A stretch of DNA of 64,000 nt from positions 1,888,001 through 1,952,000 of the forward strand of contig OY759746.1 of NCBI GenBank assembly GCA_963662795.1, given 5' to 3'. The translations under genes and the position numbers were made by a program. The first letter of the stretch is position 1. Every line of letters begins with the position of its first letter. Origin of the DNA: Spirochaetia bacterium (GTDB taxonomy: Bacteria > Spirochaetota > Spirochaetia > CADAEX01). The notes under the pieces were generated by a model. It made no database searches. It was given only the letters and a program-made list of their open reading frames with translations, and had not been told where the DNA came from. Positions 1 through 10,426 of the stretch are shown here, piece after piece.

Positions 1-35
1 TAGCAAATGAAAATGAGATATGTGCAATTGGTGGC

Positions 36-2774
36 GTGGAATTTAGAACAGAATATGGTGAAAAATCTGTTCATTTAATTGGTTTATTTCCTAATAAATA
101 TGAGCAATATGAAATGAATAGTAAAAATATAGAAGATTTAATACTTAATCCATTAGGTTTAACTGAGGTCAAAATTGTTGAAAAAGGAAAACAAAAAATA
201 ATTGATGAAGGGAAAAAAAATACATCAAATGAAAAAGCATTTAAAGAGGGAATGTTTCTAGTACAGGTTGATTTTAAAAAGGCTGCAAATTTAATCCACA
301 AATATGGTGGAATTGTGATTGTTCATGCAGGAACAAAAGAAAATAGTCTAGATAAAGAAGTTAAACATATTGGAAAACAAGGAGTTTCTATTGAAAACTG
401 TTTAGGCTCATTAAAAACTGAACTATTTACAGAAGGATATATTGATATCTGTGAAATTAGAAAAGAAAATGATGATGAGTTATTCTATTTAAAAAAATTT
501 GGAAAAGCTTCAATTGTAGCTTCTGATGCACATGAAATAAAAGAAATTGGTAGTAAATACTCGTGGATAAAAGGGGATCCAAGTTTTGATGGATTACGTT
601 ATTTATTAAATGAACCAGAAACTAGAGTAAATTTATCTGAAAAACCAGAGTTGTTTGAACGTGTACTTCAAAATGAAACAAAATATATTGAAGGATTATC
701 AATAAAATCTGAAGAATATTATGATAAAAGTAATGGAAAATGGTTTGATAATACAAAAATAGTATTTGGAAAAGAATTAACAGCAATAATAGGGAATAAG
801 GGTAGTGGTAAAAGTGCTGTTACAGATATTATTGGATTATGTTCAAACAGTAAGCATAGTCAGTATTTTTCATTTTTAAGAAAAGATAGATTTTTAGAAA
901 ATGGATATAGTGAAAATTATAAAGCAAAATTATATTGGGTAAGCAATATTAATAAGGATTGGAAAAGCTTAAGTCAAAAAGTTGATATAACAGAACCTGA
1001 TGAAGTTCAGTATTTGCCACAAGGGTATTTTGAAAAAATATGTAATGAAGTAGGAAATATAGATGAATTTAAAAAGGAAATAAATACTGTAGTTTTTCAG
1101 CATATACCCGAAGAAGACAAACACGGAATGAGTTCTTTTGATGATTTTATAGAATCTAAAAAAAAGTATATTCAAAAGATATTAATATCTAAAAAACAAA
1201 TATTAAATGAAATAAATATTGAAATAGTTAAATTGGAAGAAATGAGAAATCCAAAAACTAAATTGGAGATACTAAATAAAATAAAAAAGAAAGAAAATGA
1301 ATTAGAGGCATTGAAAAAACCAATTAAAGTAAATAAACCAAAAAAAAATACTGTAAATGAGTTAACTGATACTGCAGAAATGACAAAGTTAGCAAAGAAT
1401 ATTGAAAAATTAAAAGAACAACTTGAAGATATCAGAGATAGAATAAAAATAAATAATGATAAACATGAATTATTAAAACAATTTAAAAGGGAGGTCGAGG
1501 AAAAACAGGAAGATATCGATCATTTTATTAAATCTTATGAAAATAAATTCAAATTAATTAAAGAAATTAAAGTTAAAGAAATAATTAAATATGAAATAAA
1601 TGAAGAACCAATTATAAAGTTATTAGCAGAAATAAGGAAAAATATAGATTTAGACAAGAAATATATAAATGAAGAAAGTATAAAAGATAAAAATGAAAAA
1701 GAGATTAGTCTGGTTGTTAAATTAAAAGATAATGAGAAAAAATATTCAAAGTTACGATTAAAGTTAGATGAACCAAGCCGAAAATATGAAGACTATAAAA
1801 ATGCATTAAAAATATGGGAAGAAAAAAGTAAAAGAATACTAGGAAGTGTTAAAATACCAGATACATTAAATTATTATAAAGATAAAATAAATTATATAGA
1901 AAATATATTAGAAAAGGATATTGAAAAAAAGAGACAAAAACGAATAGAAATAGTAAAGGAAATATATAATGTAAAATGTGAAATAATTGATATATATTTA
2001 GAAATAAAAAAGTATATTGACAGAGTAATAAAAAGCAATCAAGACCATCTTGGTGATTATAATATTAATATAATATCTGAATTCATTTTACAGAATAGTA
2101 CCATAAAAAATATAATAAATTATATTAGTAAAAATGTTGTTGGAACTTATTATGGAATAGAATCTGCGGAAAATAAAATTAATACTTTATTCTCTACAAC
2201 TGATATAAATAATATTGATAGTATTATAAATTGTTTAAATAAAATAATAAAATCATTGGAAAGAGATGAAAGAAACGATTCTATGGAAATACGATATATT
2301 AATGATCAAATAATAAACTCACTTGAATTCTATAATTATATTTTTTCATTAGATTATTTAGATGAAAATTATGAATTAAAACTAGGAGAAAAAAAATTAG
2401 AAAAATTATCACCTGGAGAAAAGGGGGCTCTTTTAATAGTATTTTATTTATTATTGGATAAAAGTGAAAAACCATTAATATTAGATCAACCTGAAGATAA
2501 TCTTGATAATGAAAGTGTTTCAACGATACTTGTTCCATTTATAAAAGAAGCAAAAAAGCGAAGACAAATAATTATGGTTACTCATAACCCCAATTTGGCA
2601 GTATATGCAGATGCTGAGCAAGTAATACGAGTTTTTATTAATAAAGATATAGAAAATGAATTTAGTCATTCATCTGGCGGAATTGAAAATGAATATATTA
2701 AAGATCATATTATAAATGTTCTTGAAGGAACAATGCCGGCCTTTAGTAATAGAAGTAAAAAATATTCTAAATAA
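36..2774 (+). CDS. PHP domain + ABC/AAA ATPase (TrlF/Ppl-like defence protein), 5'-partial
   Basis: HAG and SDAH PHP motifs, Walker A GNKGSGKS, coiled coil, LSPGE signature, LILDQPEDNLD, VTHNPNL; frame is open back to the window start. Confidence 0.8.
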   Translation: MEFRTEYGEKSVHLIGLFPNKYEQYEMNSKNIEDLILNPLGLTEVKIVEKGKQKIIDEGKKNTSNEKAFKEGMFLVQVDFKKAANLIHKYGGIVIVHAGTKENSLDKEVKHIGKQGVSIENCLGSLKTELFTEGYIDICEIRKENDDELFYLKKFGKASIVASDAHEIKEIGSKYSWIKGDPSFDGLRYLLNEPETRVNLSEKPELFERVLQNETKYIEGLSIKSEEYYDKSNGKWFDNTKIVFGKELTAIIGNKGSGKSAVTDIIGLCSNSKHSQYFSFLRKDRFLENGYSENYKAKLYWVSNINKDWKSLSQKVDITEPDEVQYLPQGYFEKICNEVGNIDEFKKEINTVVFQHIPEEDKHGMSSFDDFIESKKKYIQKILISKKQILNEINIEIVKLEEMRNPKTKLEILNKIKKKENELEALKKPIKVNKPKKNTVNELTDTAEMTKLAKNIEKLKEQLEDIRDRIKINNDKHELLKQFKREVEEKQEDIDHFIKSYENKFKLIKEIKVKEIIKYEINEEPIIKLLAEIRKNIDLDKKYINEESIKDKNEKEISLVVKLKDNEKKYSKLRLKLDEPSRKYEDYKNALKIWEEKSKRILGSVKIPDTLNYYKDKINYIENILEKDIEKKRQKRIEIVKEIYNVKCEIIDIYLEIKKYIDRVIKSNQDHLGDYNINIISEFILQNSTIKNIINYISKNVVGTYYGIESAENKINTLFSTTDINNIDSIINCLNKIIKSLERDERNDSMEIRYINDQIINSLEFYNYIFSLDYLDENYELKLGEKKLEKLSPGEKGALLIVFYLLLDKSEKPLILDQPEDNLDNESVSTILVPFIKEAKKRRQIIMVTHNPNLAVYADAEQVIRVFINKDIENEFSHSSGGIENEYIKDHIINVLEGTMPAFSNRSKKYSK

Positions 2775-3009
2775 AATGATACTGAAATTAATAAAGTATA
2801 AATTATTAAAAATATATTATGAATAGCATACGTATGTTACCTTCTGCTAAAACTTTTCGTGATACAATTTGAGCAAGGTAAAAATTGAAAATATTTTAGG
2901 GAATGCGGCGTTGTATCTGATACATGTGTTATAAAAAGAAAAATAGAAACGGGGGAAGTCCGGCCTTGGCGTTGCCGTGCGGCCCTGGACAAGAAGCGAT
3001 GATACTGGT

Positions 3010-3178
3010 GGATAACAGAGGATAAAGCGCTTCACTCGGGGTACCTCGCTTGGGCTTCGCCACACATCGTAGGGTTTGAATTACAACTTCTAAAAAAAAC
3101 AAGTCTAGAGGGAAATAATACAGCTTTTTAACTTTCATAGTTATTTACGATGCGTCGCTTATCCTCAGGACGTTATGC
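3010..3178 (+). repeat. attC-like site 1 (host family, AGAGGATAA core)
   Basis: GGATAAC...CGCTTATCCTCAGGAC-GTTATGC. Confidence 0.85.
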
Positions 3179-3648
3179 GAAAGGCTGGCCGAAGAGGAAT
3201 AGGCTGGGGGCGGGGGAGAGGAAGACGCCGCCGTACATCGTGTGCGCCGAAGAAAAATTAATAAACTGTGATTTTTATAATCTGTAAGAGTGTTTGTATA
3301 AATTACCATTATAAAAGCAGAAAAAATGAAAATATAATTTTATTTTAGCAGTTCCTTCCGTTTCATTTGATTATGGCTTGGTTAATAAACAAAAAAAAAT
3401 AAATCGCATAAAATGTAATATATTTTTGTAAGTGAAAATTATTTGGGATAAAGGTGAAAATAAAACTCTTAAGCTTGAAAGATATATTTCTTTCAAGATA
3501 TTTGTGGATTTGATTCTGGGGCTAGTTATAAAGTTAATTTGCAAAATATTAACCTTGGAATATAGCTGATTATGATAATTTTCACCGTCTCACACTTCCA
3601 TGTGTTCGACGAAGACCGCCCCAGCCAAGAAGAGCCGGCCAGCCCATC

Positions 3649-3802
3649 GCATAACAGCGAATGGCCGGTTCCGGCTGTTTCTAAGGAAACAGCCTCCACC
3701 CAAATTGCCGAAGTAATACATGTTAAGAATAATGGAATAGAGTATAAACTTTTGGAGTGAAAAACACCATCGGCAACTTCGGTCATTCGCGAGACGTTAT
3801 AT
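3649..3802 (+). repeat. attC-like site 2 (AGCGAATG core)
   Basis: GCATAAC...CATTCGCGAGAC-GTTATAT. Confidence 0.85.
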
Positions 3803-3895
3803 GCAATACGACCCCAAGAGGACGCCGCCCGGACCTCCGGCCCACGGGCGAAGAAAATGGTATCTGCTGTATAATATACTTTATACATAAGATAT

Positions 3896-3925
3896 ATAGT
3901 TTTCTAGTTATTTAATATGTTATGA
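3896..3925 (+). other. Internal attI-like integration site in a carrier cassette
   Basis: ATAGTTTTCTAGTTATTTAATATG|TT, near-identical at ~29605-29630 and similar at ~62812-62832; the following GTTATGAGTC is the reverse complement of GACTCATAAC at 5626-5635. Confidence 0.65.
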
Positions 3926-3990
3926 GTCTAAGACGCGTCGATAGTTTTTTATATGAAGCAATTAAATTGATCTAAGGAGGGTCTGAAAAT

Positions 3991-5259
3991 ATGTATTTCA
4001 AAGCGGGAACTAGGAATATTGTTTTTGTGGTTGCATTTGTTCTATTGGCAGGCTGTACCACTATTGATACGAAGCCATTCGAACAGTTTAACTCCTCGTT
4101 AACAGAGTTAAATAAAGGGGCAACATCATCGCTTGATGTGACCATTCCTTTAGCGGAAGGGCGTTACCGGAAAGAAGTCGAGAGTGAATTAAAGCAAGGG
4201 AATGACGAGTTGTTACAGGAGCTTTATATACTGGCTAAAGCAGAGAATCCATTTTTCATATCTAAGCCACCAGTATTTTTAAAGGCGAAAAAATTTAAAT
4301 TAGGAATTTCGAAAGCCAACCTAGTTTGGTTGGAATACTCTAATCTTTTGTTACAACTTTCATCGAAAGATCTTGTCGATGATGAAAAGTTTTTGAAGCT
4401 ATCAGAAGAACTTAATAAAAATGCGTTCGACGCGGTTCAGTCGCTCAAAGATGAACCCAGCGATACATCTGCAAAAAATACGGCACTTTTTTCAGAGATA
4501 GCTATTGCAATGGCGAAAGAGTACATAAGAACAAAGCAGAAGAAAAAGCTTATGGAGTCTCTCGCTAACAATCAAGACAGCATTAGTGCCTATGTAGAGC
4601 ATATGCAAAGTGCGATAGTAACAATGGCGCAAAGCAGTACTCAGGAACACTCAGAAAAGCAGGAAAATTTAGCTAGAGATCTTTTAGGTTTGGTGGTTAG
4701 TAACGAAAACGGTAAGAACGATGCAAAAATACAAAAAATTATCGGGGATATGATTGATATCAAAACTACACATTCAGACCAAATGGTGTCTCTCCAGGCG
4801 TTGCATACAGCATATGGAAAAATACCTGGTGCCCATGAAGCGTTGGCAACGCGGTTGGCTAAATCAGATTCATCTATAGCTGCCATTAATGACCTGTTAG
4901 AAAAAGGAGTTCAGCTTCATACTTCTTACGAAGCGAAGGTAAAAGTTAATAAAGTAGAATTGGTGCAAGCTAAAGCAGATGCAGCGAGTAGTGAAGCTAC
5001 AACAGCTGAAATCACATATCAGCAAGCCAAGCTAAAATACACGCAAGCCCAATTTGAATATACCTTGGCACAAAATACTTCAGATGCAGATCCCGATAAC
5101 GAAATCAAAAAGAAAGATGCTGAAGATAAAAAGAAAATAGCTGAAGAGCTTAAATTAGAGGCTGATGGTCTAAAAAAATCTTCCGAAGCCCTAAGAGCGG
5201 CTGCGACGGCTATACAAGAAAGTGCTAACGAAATCAAAAACAGTATTATCAACAATTAA
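3991..5259 (+). CDS. Lipoprotein with long coiled coil (nested cassette)
   Basis: Signal peptide with LLAGC lipobox; helical Ala/Lys/Glu-rich C-terminus; AAGGAGG RBS. Confidence 0.8.
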   Translation: MYFKAGTRNIVFVVAFVLLAGCTTIDTKPFEQFNSSLTELNKGATSSLDVTIPLAEGRYRKEVESELKQGNDELLQELYILAKAENPFFISKPPVFLKAKKFKLGISKANLVWLEYSNLLLQLSSKDLVDDEKFLKLSEELNKNAFDAVQSLKDEPSDTSAKNTALFSEIAIAMAKEYIRTKQKKKLMESLANNQDSISAYVEHMQSAIVTMAQSSTQEHSEKQENLARDLLGLVVSNENGKNDAKIQKIIGDMIDIKTTHSDQMVSLQALHTAYGKIPGAHEALATRLAKSDSSIAAINDLLEKGVQLHTSYEAKVKVNKVELVQAKADAASSEATTAEITYQQAKLKYTQAQFEYTLAQNTSDADPDNEIKKKDAEDKKKIAEELKLEADGLKKSSEALRAAATAIQESANEIKNSIINN

Positions 5260-5270
5260 GGAGCTAAGAG

Positions 5271-5621
5271 ATGCCTATTTCCATGACAAAAAAACAAGAA
5301 ATAATACAGCAATTATTGGTTTTAAAAACAAAAGCGTATCAAGCGGAAGTTAAATTGTTGTTAAAACAAAAGCCTAACGAGGCCAACGATGTAAAGAATC
5401 ATGGTAAAGAGCTGTCCAGAAAGATTGATAACTTAATAGCAGAAACAATGAGTGACTGGATAGGAAATGCCGACAAACTTATTAGTGATGTAAAGTTGAT
5501 TAACAAAAAAGTACAACGTTCTATTAATGATATAAATAACAATGCAAATGTAGCTGGAAACGTTGTTAAGTTAGTCGGTTTCATTGATGAGGTAGTTGAA
5601 ATTGTTGACGGGATTACTTAA
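5271..5621 (+). CDS. Hypothetical helical protein, partner of the lipoprotein
   Basis: AAGGAG RBS, 11 bp downstream of the previous gene, same inner cassette. Confidence 0.75.
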   Translation: MPISMTKKQEIIQQLLVLKTKAYQAEVKLLLKQKPNEANDVKNHGKELSRKIDNLIAETMSDWIGNADKLISDVKLINKKVQRSINDINNNANVAGNVVKLVGFIDEVVEIVDGIT

Positions 5622-5628
5622 TTACGAC

Positions 5629-5761
5629 TCATAACATGTCGCTCGAGTAGTCCGCGCGGCATGCTATCACCAGCCGAGATTTTTGCTAGCTGCATCTTGC
5701 TTTTCATTAGAATATTAATCTTTTCAGCAGCACCACGCGGCAACTCAGCTCTGCGTTATGT
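5629..5761 (+). repeat. Canonical attC site (inner, non-host family)
   Basis: TCATAAC-ATGTCGC-TCGAGT...ACTCA-GCTCTGC-GTTATGT, classic R''/L''/L'/R' spacing. Confidence 0.85.
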
Positions 5762-5826
5762 TTATCAAAATTAGATAAATTGAGAGTGTTAGTTGAAATG
5801 GGTAAAAAGTAGTAGAAGGAAAAGTT

Positions 5827-7032
5827 ATGGGATGTAATCATGAAGAAATTGAATTATTAAATCCTTATGAGATAGTATGGAAGTATAGGTGTAAAAAATG
5901 TAAAGAAGTATTTATGTGTAGCTGTGAAGAAGATGTTGCAAGGTTTTATGTACCACATCAATTAGATAAAGGATGTAACTTAGAAACCCAAGAGCGAATT
6001 CCTGTTACATTGGGGTTTGTAGATAATATTTGCGATTCTTGTAGGGGGAATAAAAAGAAGCCTTTTCCCAAAGCGCCAATGATGGGTGCAACCAGCAAAA
6101 TACGAAGATATTATTGGAAAGAGATTTTATATATAAAAATAAGAAAAACTATTGAATTCGCTAAGAATAATAATTGTGATTCGTATGATGCTGTATTAAA
6201 AAAATATCCTGAGAAAATAGAACAATTTGAAAATGAGGCACTAAATGAAATAAAGGAATTACATGCTAAACATCCATTATATGAATATGAAGATATTTCA
6301 CAACAGGAAATAATTGAAAAATACAATATTGATATGATAGAATTTGAAGCTAATTATATAAAATCAGAAGAAAAAAAAGTAATCATTGAATATAAAAATG
6401 AAAAATATAATGTTGAGGAATTTATTAGAAGGAAGTATGAAGAAAAAGGCTTTAAAACACTTATATTAGAAAGTATTCCTTTTCATGTTTTGTTTGCTAC
6501 AATATTTAATAATATTATTCAAAATATTGATGATGAAAAAGTTAGACGTACAAGTTTTGGCGATCGAGAATATAGAGGAATAATGATAAGTGCATTACTT
6601 CCTTCTGACTTTGGGACGTCAGGGTATTACAAAAGAAAAAGAGAAATAATTGATAACTTTTTGAAGAAATTCACATCAAAAGAATTATTAATTGAAGAAT
6701 TTACTCAAAATTTAAATAATCCCATTAGTGAGAATTTAAGACAATATTTATGGGCAATAGATATTGAAAAAATAGAAATAGCCAGAAAACTTCTTGATAT
6801 CATAGATCATAATATCATGAAAAATATTTTACTTTATTTAATAAAGGATTACTGGAAGAATTATTGTGGATGGCCGGATTTGATTTGTTATACAGATGAA
6901 AAAGTATTATTTGTTGAAGTTAAATCAAGTACTGATAAACTAAGTGAAGATCAAAAAAACTGGATTGAGGGAAATTATAAAGAATTATCTATAGATTTTG
7001 AGATAGCGAAAGTTATAAGATTGAAAACATAA
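5827..7032 (+). CDS. VRR-NUC domain nuclease with N-terminal Cys-rich region (nested cassette)
   Basis: GWPDL...FVEVKSSTDKLSEDQKNW PD-(D/E)xK VRR-NUC motif; CxxC pairs. Confidence 0.8.
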   Translation: MGCNHEEIELLNPYEIVWKYRCKKCKEVFMCSCEEDVARFYVPHQLDKGCNLETQERIPVTLGFVDNICDSCRGNKKKPFPKAPMMGATSKIRRYYWKEILYIKIRKTIEFAKNNNCDSYDAVLKKYPEKIEQFENEALNEIKELHAKHPLYEYEDISQQEIIEKYNIDMIEFEANYIKSEEKKVIIEYKNEKYNVEEFIRRKYEEKGFKTLILESIPFHVLFATIFNNIIQNIDDEKVRRTSFGDREYRGIMISALLPSDFGTSGYYKRKREIIDNFLKKFTSKELLIEEFTQNLNNPISENLRQYLWAIDIEKIEIARKLLDIIDHNIMKNILLYLIKDYWKNYCGWPDLICYTDEKVLFVEVKSSTDKLSEDQKNWIEGNYKELSIDFEIAKVIRLKT

Positions 7033-7180
7033 CAAGCAAATCGAGCAGTCCTGACTATTGTCACGGTTTCTGCTAAAGCCGTTCCGGCTCCCTGCGTGAT
7101 CACCCTCCGCCTGCACTCAGGAACAGCGTCAATGCCATCGGATGGCTTTGACTGTCAGGCAGCTCATCTGGTAGTTATAC
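7027..7180 (+). repeat. Canonical attC site (inner, non-host family)
   Basis: ACATAAC-AAGCAAA-TCGAGC...GCTCA-TCTGGTA-GTTATAC; R'' matches the cassette start GTTATGT at 5755. Confidence 0.85.
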
Positions 7181-7254
7181 TGGAATATTTAGAAAAGAGG
7201 AAAAGTCCGGCCTTGGCGGTGCCGTGCGGCCTGGACAAGAAGGGGTCGTACTGC

Positions 7255-7446
7255 ATATAACAGCGATTATTTCGCTGCGCTCCCTGTGGTCGCTTGGGCT
7301 CCTGCCAGTTGAGCTGGCAGATCGCCATATTTTGTTTTCATAAAACCGGAACAACATGTGTTTTATGCTCTTCAAGTTTGTAAAAACCAAATAAAAATAT
7401 TTTAGAGTTTAGTCACAAAACATCGAATAATCGCGAGACGTTATCT
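7255..7446 (+). repeat. attC-like site 3 (AGCGATTATT core)
   Basis: ATATAAC...AATAATCGCGAGAC-GTTATCT. Confidence 0.85.
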
Positions 7447-7531
7447 GTAATACCGCCCAAGAAAATAGTGCGCCATCCTTGGCGCACAAGATATATAATA
7501 TTATTAAAGTGATAGTCAAAAGGAAAAAATT

Positions 7532-8431
7532 ATGAGGAAATTTATTTTATATTTAATTGTTTTTATTACAATAATTTCATGTAATAGTAATATAAGACCA
7601 GAGTTATATATGGAAAGTATTAACATTAATAATGATGAAAACAAATTAGTTATTACCCCGACAATTAAGTTTGAATACGATAGTGAAAAAAAGATGATTA
7701 AATGGTTAAATAAAGCCAGTGAAGAGAAATTTACTTTTCAAGTAGGGAATAAATACTTTTTTATTTTTAAAAGTATGAAATTCAATTTAAAGGATCATGA
7801 ACAATCAATTATAAAAACAAATAGGATACAATTAAGTTTTTTCATTGATGATGAAGAATTATATAAGAATATATTACCAACGATGTTAGAAAATAATAAG
7901 ATGATTGATTCAAATCAAGCTCCTCTTGAAATGGTTAATATTTCATTAGATGTTGATGGTAAGTGGATATTTTATGATTTAAACGAAAATATAGATCATG
8001 ATATGATTTATGAAAAATTATATGCTAAAATGATAAAATATTTAAAAAAAAATAAAAGTAGCGCATTGGCTATTTCAATACCAAAAATTAAAAAAGAATA
8101 TGAGAATAATCCTGCTACAGCAAATTATGTTTATAAATATCAGTTTATTAAATTTACTTCTGCAATCGAAAGTATTATATCGGAATTAAATCCAATTCTT
8201 GGAAATGGCTATATGATTGTCCTTAGTAATGGTGTTAAGTTATATGATAATTCTAGCGATATAATGTATTATAAAAATGGTGATTTAATTAATGTTTTTG
8301 GCATACTAAATGATGTTGAAAATTATACTGAAACAAAAAGCAAGTTTGTTGAGGCTAATATATTGAATACCCATAAAAACACTTTTTATCGAAATATGTA
8401 CTTTCAATTTTTTGAAAAAGGTGATATTTGA
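7532..8431 (+). CDS. Putative lipoprotein
   Basis: MRKF + hydrophobic stretch + IISC lipobox (spirochaete-style). Confidence 0.75.
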   Translation: MRKFILYLIVFITIISCNSNIRPELYMESININNDENKLVITPTIKFEYDSEKKMIKWLNKASEEKFTFQVGNKYFFIFKSMKFNLKDHEQSIIKTNRIQLSFFIDDEELYKNILPTMLENNKMIDSNQAPLEMVNISLDVDGKWIFYDLNENIDHDMIYEKLYAKMIKYLKKNKSSALAISIPKIKKEYENNPATANYVYKYQFIKFTSAIESIISELNPILGNGYMIVLSNGVKLYDNSSDIMYYKNGDLINVFGILNDVENYTETKSKFVEANILNTHKNTFYRNMYFQFFEKGDI

Positions 8432-8904
8432 TGAAAAAAAATATTCTATTGATTATTTTTATATTGATTTCGTCTAAAATATTTATTTATGCAATTGAAG
8501 GCACGTGGACTTTTACAAATTTATTTAGTCAAACAATCAAAGATGGTAAAGCAACTTTAGAACCACTGGATACTGAAATTATTAAGAGAATAGTATTTAT
8601 AGATAACAAATCAGATAATAATTTAACTATACAAAAGGCAGAAATTGAAATATTAAGTATTGAGAATGAATACAAAAAATATAATGCAAATTATATCGAT
8701 TTTAACACTCTGATACAAATATATATACAGGATATTGAAAAAATTATTTTAACTATATTTGTTTTTAAAGAAAACGATAACAAAATCTGGTATTCATATG
8801 CAATATCTCCTGATTATATATTAAAAGGAAAAATATCTGGAACACAAGAACATGATAGTATTTTTTTGAATATGATAGGGTTTATGTCAAAAACATTTTT
8901 TTGA
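8428..8904 (+). CDS. Putative secreted hypothetical protein
   Basis: MKKNILLIIF signal peptide; overlaps the upstream stop codon. Confidence 0.7.
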   Translation: MMKKNILLIIFILISSKIFIYAIEGTWTFTNLFSQTIKDGKATLEPLDTEIIKRIVFIDNKSDNNLTIQKAEIEILSIENEYKKYNANYIDFNTLIQIYIQDIEKIILTIFVFKENDNKIWYSYAISPDYILKGKISGTQEHDSIFLNMIGFMSKTFF

Positions 8905-8957
8905 CATAAATCACAATCGCCATCCATGGCGATTGTGATAGGAAAGGGCGGTACTAC

Positions 8958-9149
8958 AGATAACAGCGATTATTTCGCTGCGCTCCCTTTGGTCGCTTGG
9001 GCTCCTGCCAGTTGAGCTGGCAGATCGCCATATTTTGTTTTCATAAAACCTGAACGATATGTGTTTTATGCTTTTCAAGTCTGAAAAAACCAAATAAAAG
9101 TATTTTAGAGTTTAGTCACAAAACATCGAATAATCGCGAGACGTTATTT
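8958..9149 (+). repeat. attC-like site 4 (AGCGATTATT core)
   Basis: AGATAAC...GTTATTT. Confidence 0.85.
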
Positions 9150-9203
9150 GCAATAAACGCGCAAGAAAGGTGAAGCTCGCCGTCCTGGCTCGCAGGAAAT
9201 ATA

Positions 9204-10154
9204 ATGAAACAAAAACCATATATTTATCTTGATGAAAATATTATACAATATGTTCACGAGAAAAAAATAAAACTAGATGAAATTGAAAATGTTGAATGGA
9301 TATTTTCAGATGAACATTTAATAGAAATAGAGCGATCAAGAAATCTAGATATTTTAGATGTTTTAAAAGAGCTTAGAGCTAGAAGAATTAAAATTAAATT
9401 AAACGATAAATTTCAAATACTTAATGAAGCAATAATTGATGAATATAAAAATCCAAAAGAGATATATAAAGAATATAAGGATAATACTGCTTTTGCTGAA
9501 GAAATAAATATGGATTTTGCAGCACTTCAAGTTTTTATATTTGGAAATAAAGAAATAATTGATATTGAGCAATACGTTGACAAATATATCCTTTCAATAA
9601 AAAAGTTGATAAAACCAACATTTGAGTTTATTAATAATAAAAAATATGAATTCTCCTACGAATTAATGATAAATAAGTTAAAAAAAGATTTATTGAATAG
9701 TTTGAAAACTGCCTCAAAACAACTTAAACCTGTTGAAGAAATTAGAAAAAAAATAGTTAAGCTACCTCTATCAAATCTTGACGAAAAAAATGGGTTAATT
9801 ATTGATCAAATATGGGAAAAAATAATTGAAAATAATAATTTAATATTCACTAAAGATCAATTTTTCGGGAAGGAAAAGATGCCTTTTTATAATGGATGTG
9901 ATATATGGTCAACATTTTTAGGAATATCACAGTGTCATTCTGCTTTAAACTATTTGGGATATTGGCCTGATAAAGGATTGAAAAAAATAAGTAAAATACA
10001 TGGTATCAATAGTGATTCATCACATATTGGACATGCTGCATTTTGTGCAGGGATAATAAGTGCTGATGATAGATTATGTAAAAAAGCAAAAGCAATTTAT
10101 CAATATTTTAATTTACCAGTTGTAGTCATAAAAGTAGATATACTTAAGAAATAA
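9204..10154 (+). CDS. Hypothetical protein, possible PIN-like fold
   Basis: N-terminal YLDENII and C-terminal DSSHI...ISADDRL acidic motifs. Confidence 0.6.
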   Translation: MKQKPYIYLDENIIQYVHEKKIKLDEIENVEWIFSDEHLIEIERSRNLDILDVLKELRARRIKIKLNDKFQILNEAIIDEYKNPKEIYKEYKDNTAFAEEINMDFAALQVFIFGNKEIIDIEQYVDKYILSIKKLIKPTFEFINNKKYEFSYELMINKLKKDLLNSLKTASKQLKPVEEIRKKIVKLPLSNLDEKNGLIIDQIWEKIIENNNLIFTKDQFFGKEKMPFYNGCDIWSTFLGISQCHSALNYLGYWPDKGLKKISKIHGINSDSSHIGHAAFCAGIISADDRLCKKAKAIYQYFNLPVVVIKVDILKK

Positions 10155-10202
10155 TAATCAAGCTCAACTTCCATGTTTCGCTTGAGGAAGCGCGTTTACT
10201 GC

Positions 10203-10373
10203 AAATAACAGAGGATAATTCGCTTCGCTCGGAGTACCTCGCTTGGCCTGCGGCATATTTTGCTATCATTAAAGCAGTTCATATTCTGTTTTACGCTGTT
10301 TAAATATATTTCCCAATATTATTACGTTGAAAAAGGATTTAGCAAAACATCGCTTATCCTCAAGACGTTAGAT
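10203..10373 (+). repeat. attC-like site 5 (AGAGGATAA core)
   Basis: AAATAAC...GTTAGAT. Confidence 0.85.
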
Positions 10374-10426
10374 GCAATGTTCGGCTTGTAAAGCCTCGCC
10401 GTCCTGGCGAGGCAAGAGGAGGAAAT

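Noticed and set aside
7200-7240. Tail hairpins as plain Rho-independent terminators for + strand genes
   Set aside because: They are followed by AAGAAG, not a U-tract; at most they could terminate minus-strand transcripts, because A-rich runs precede them
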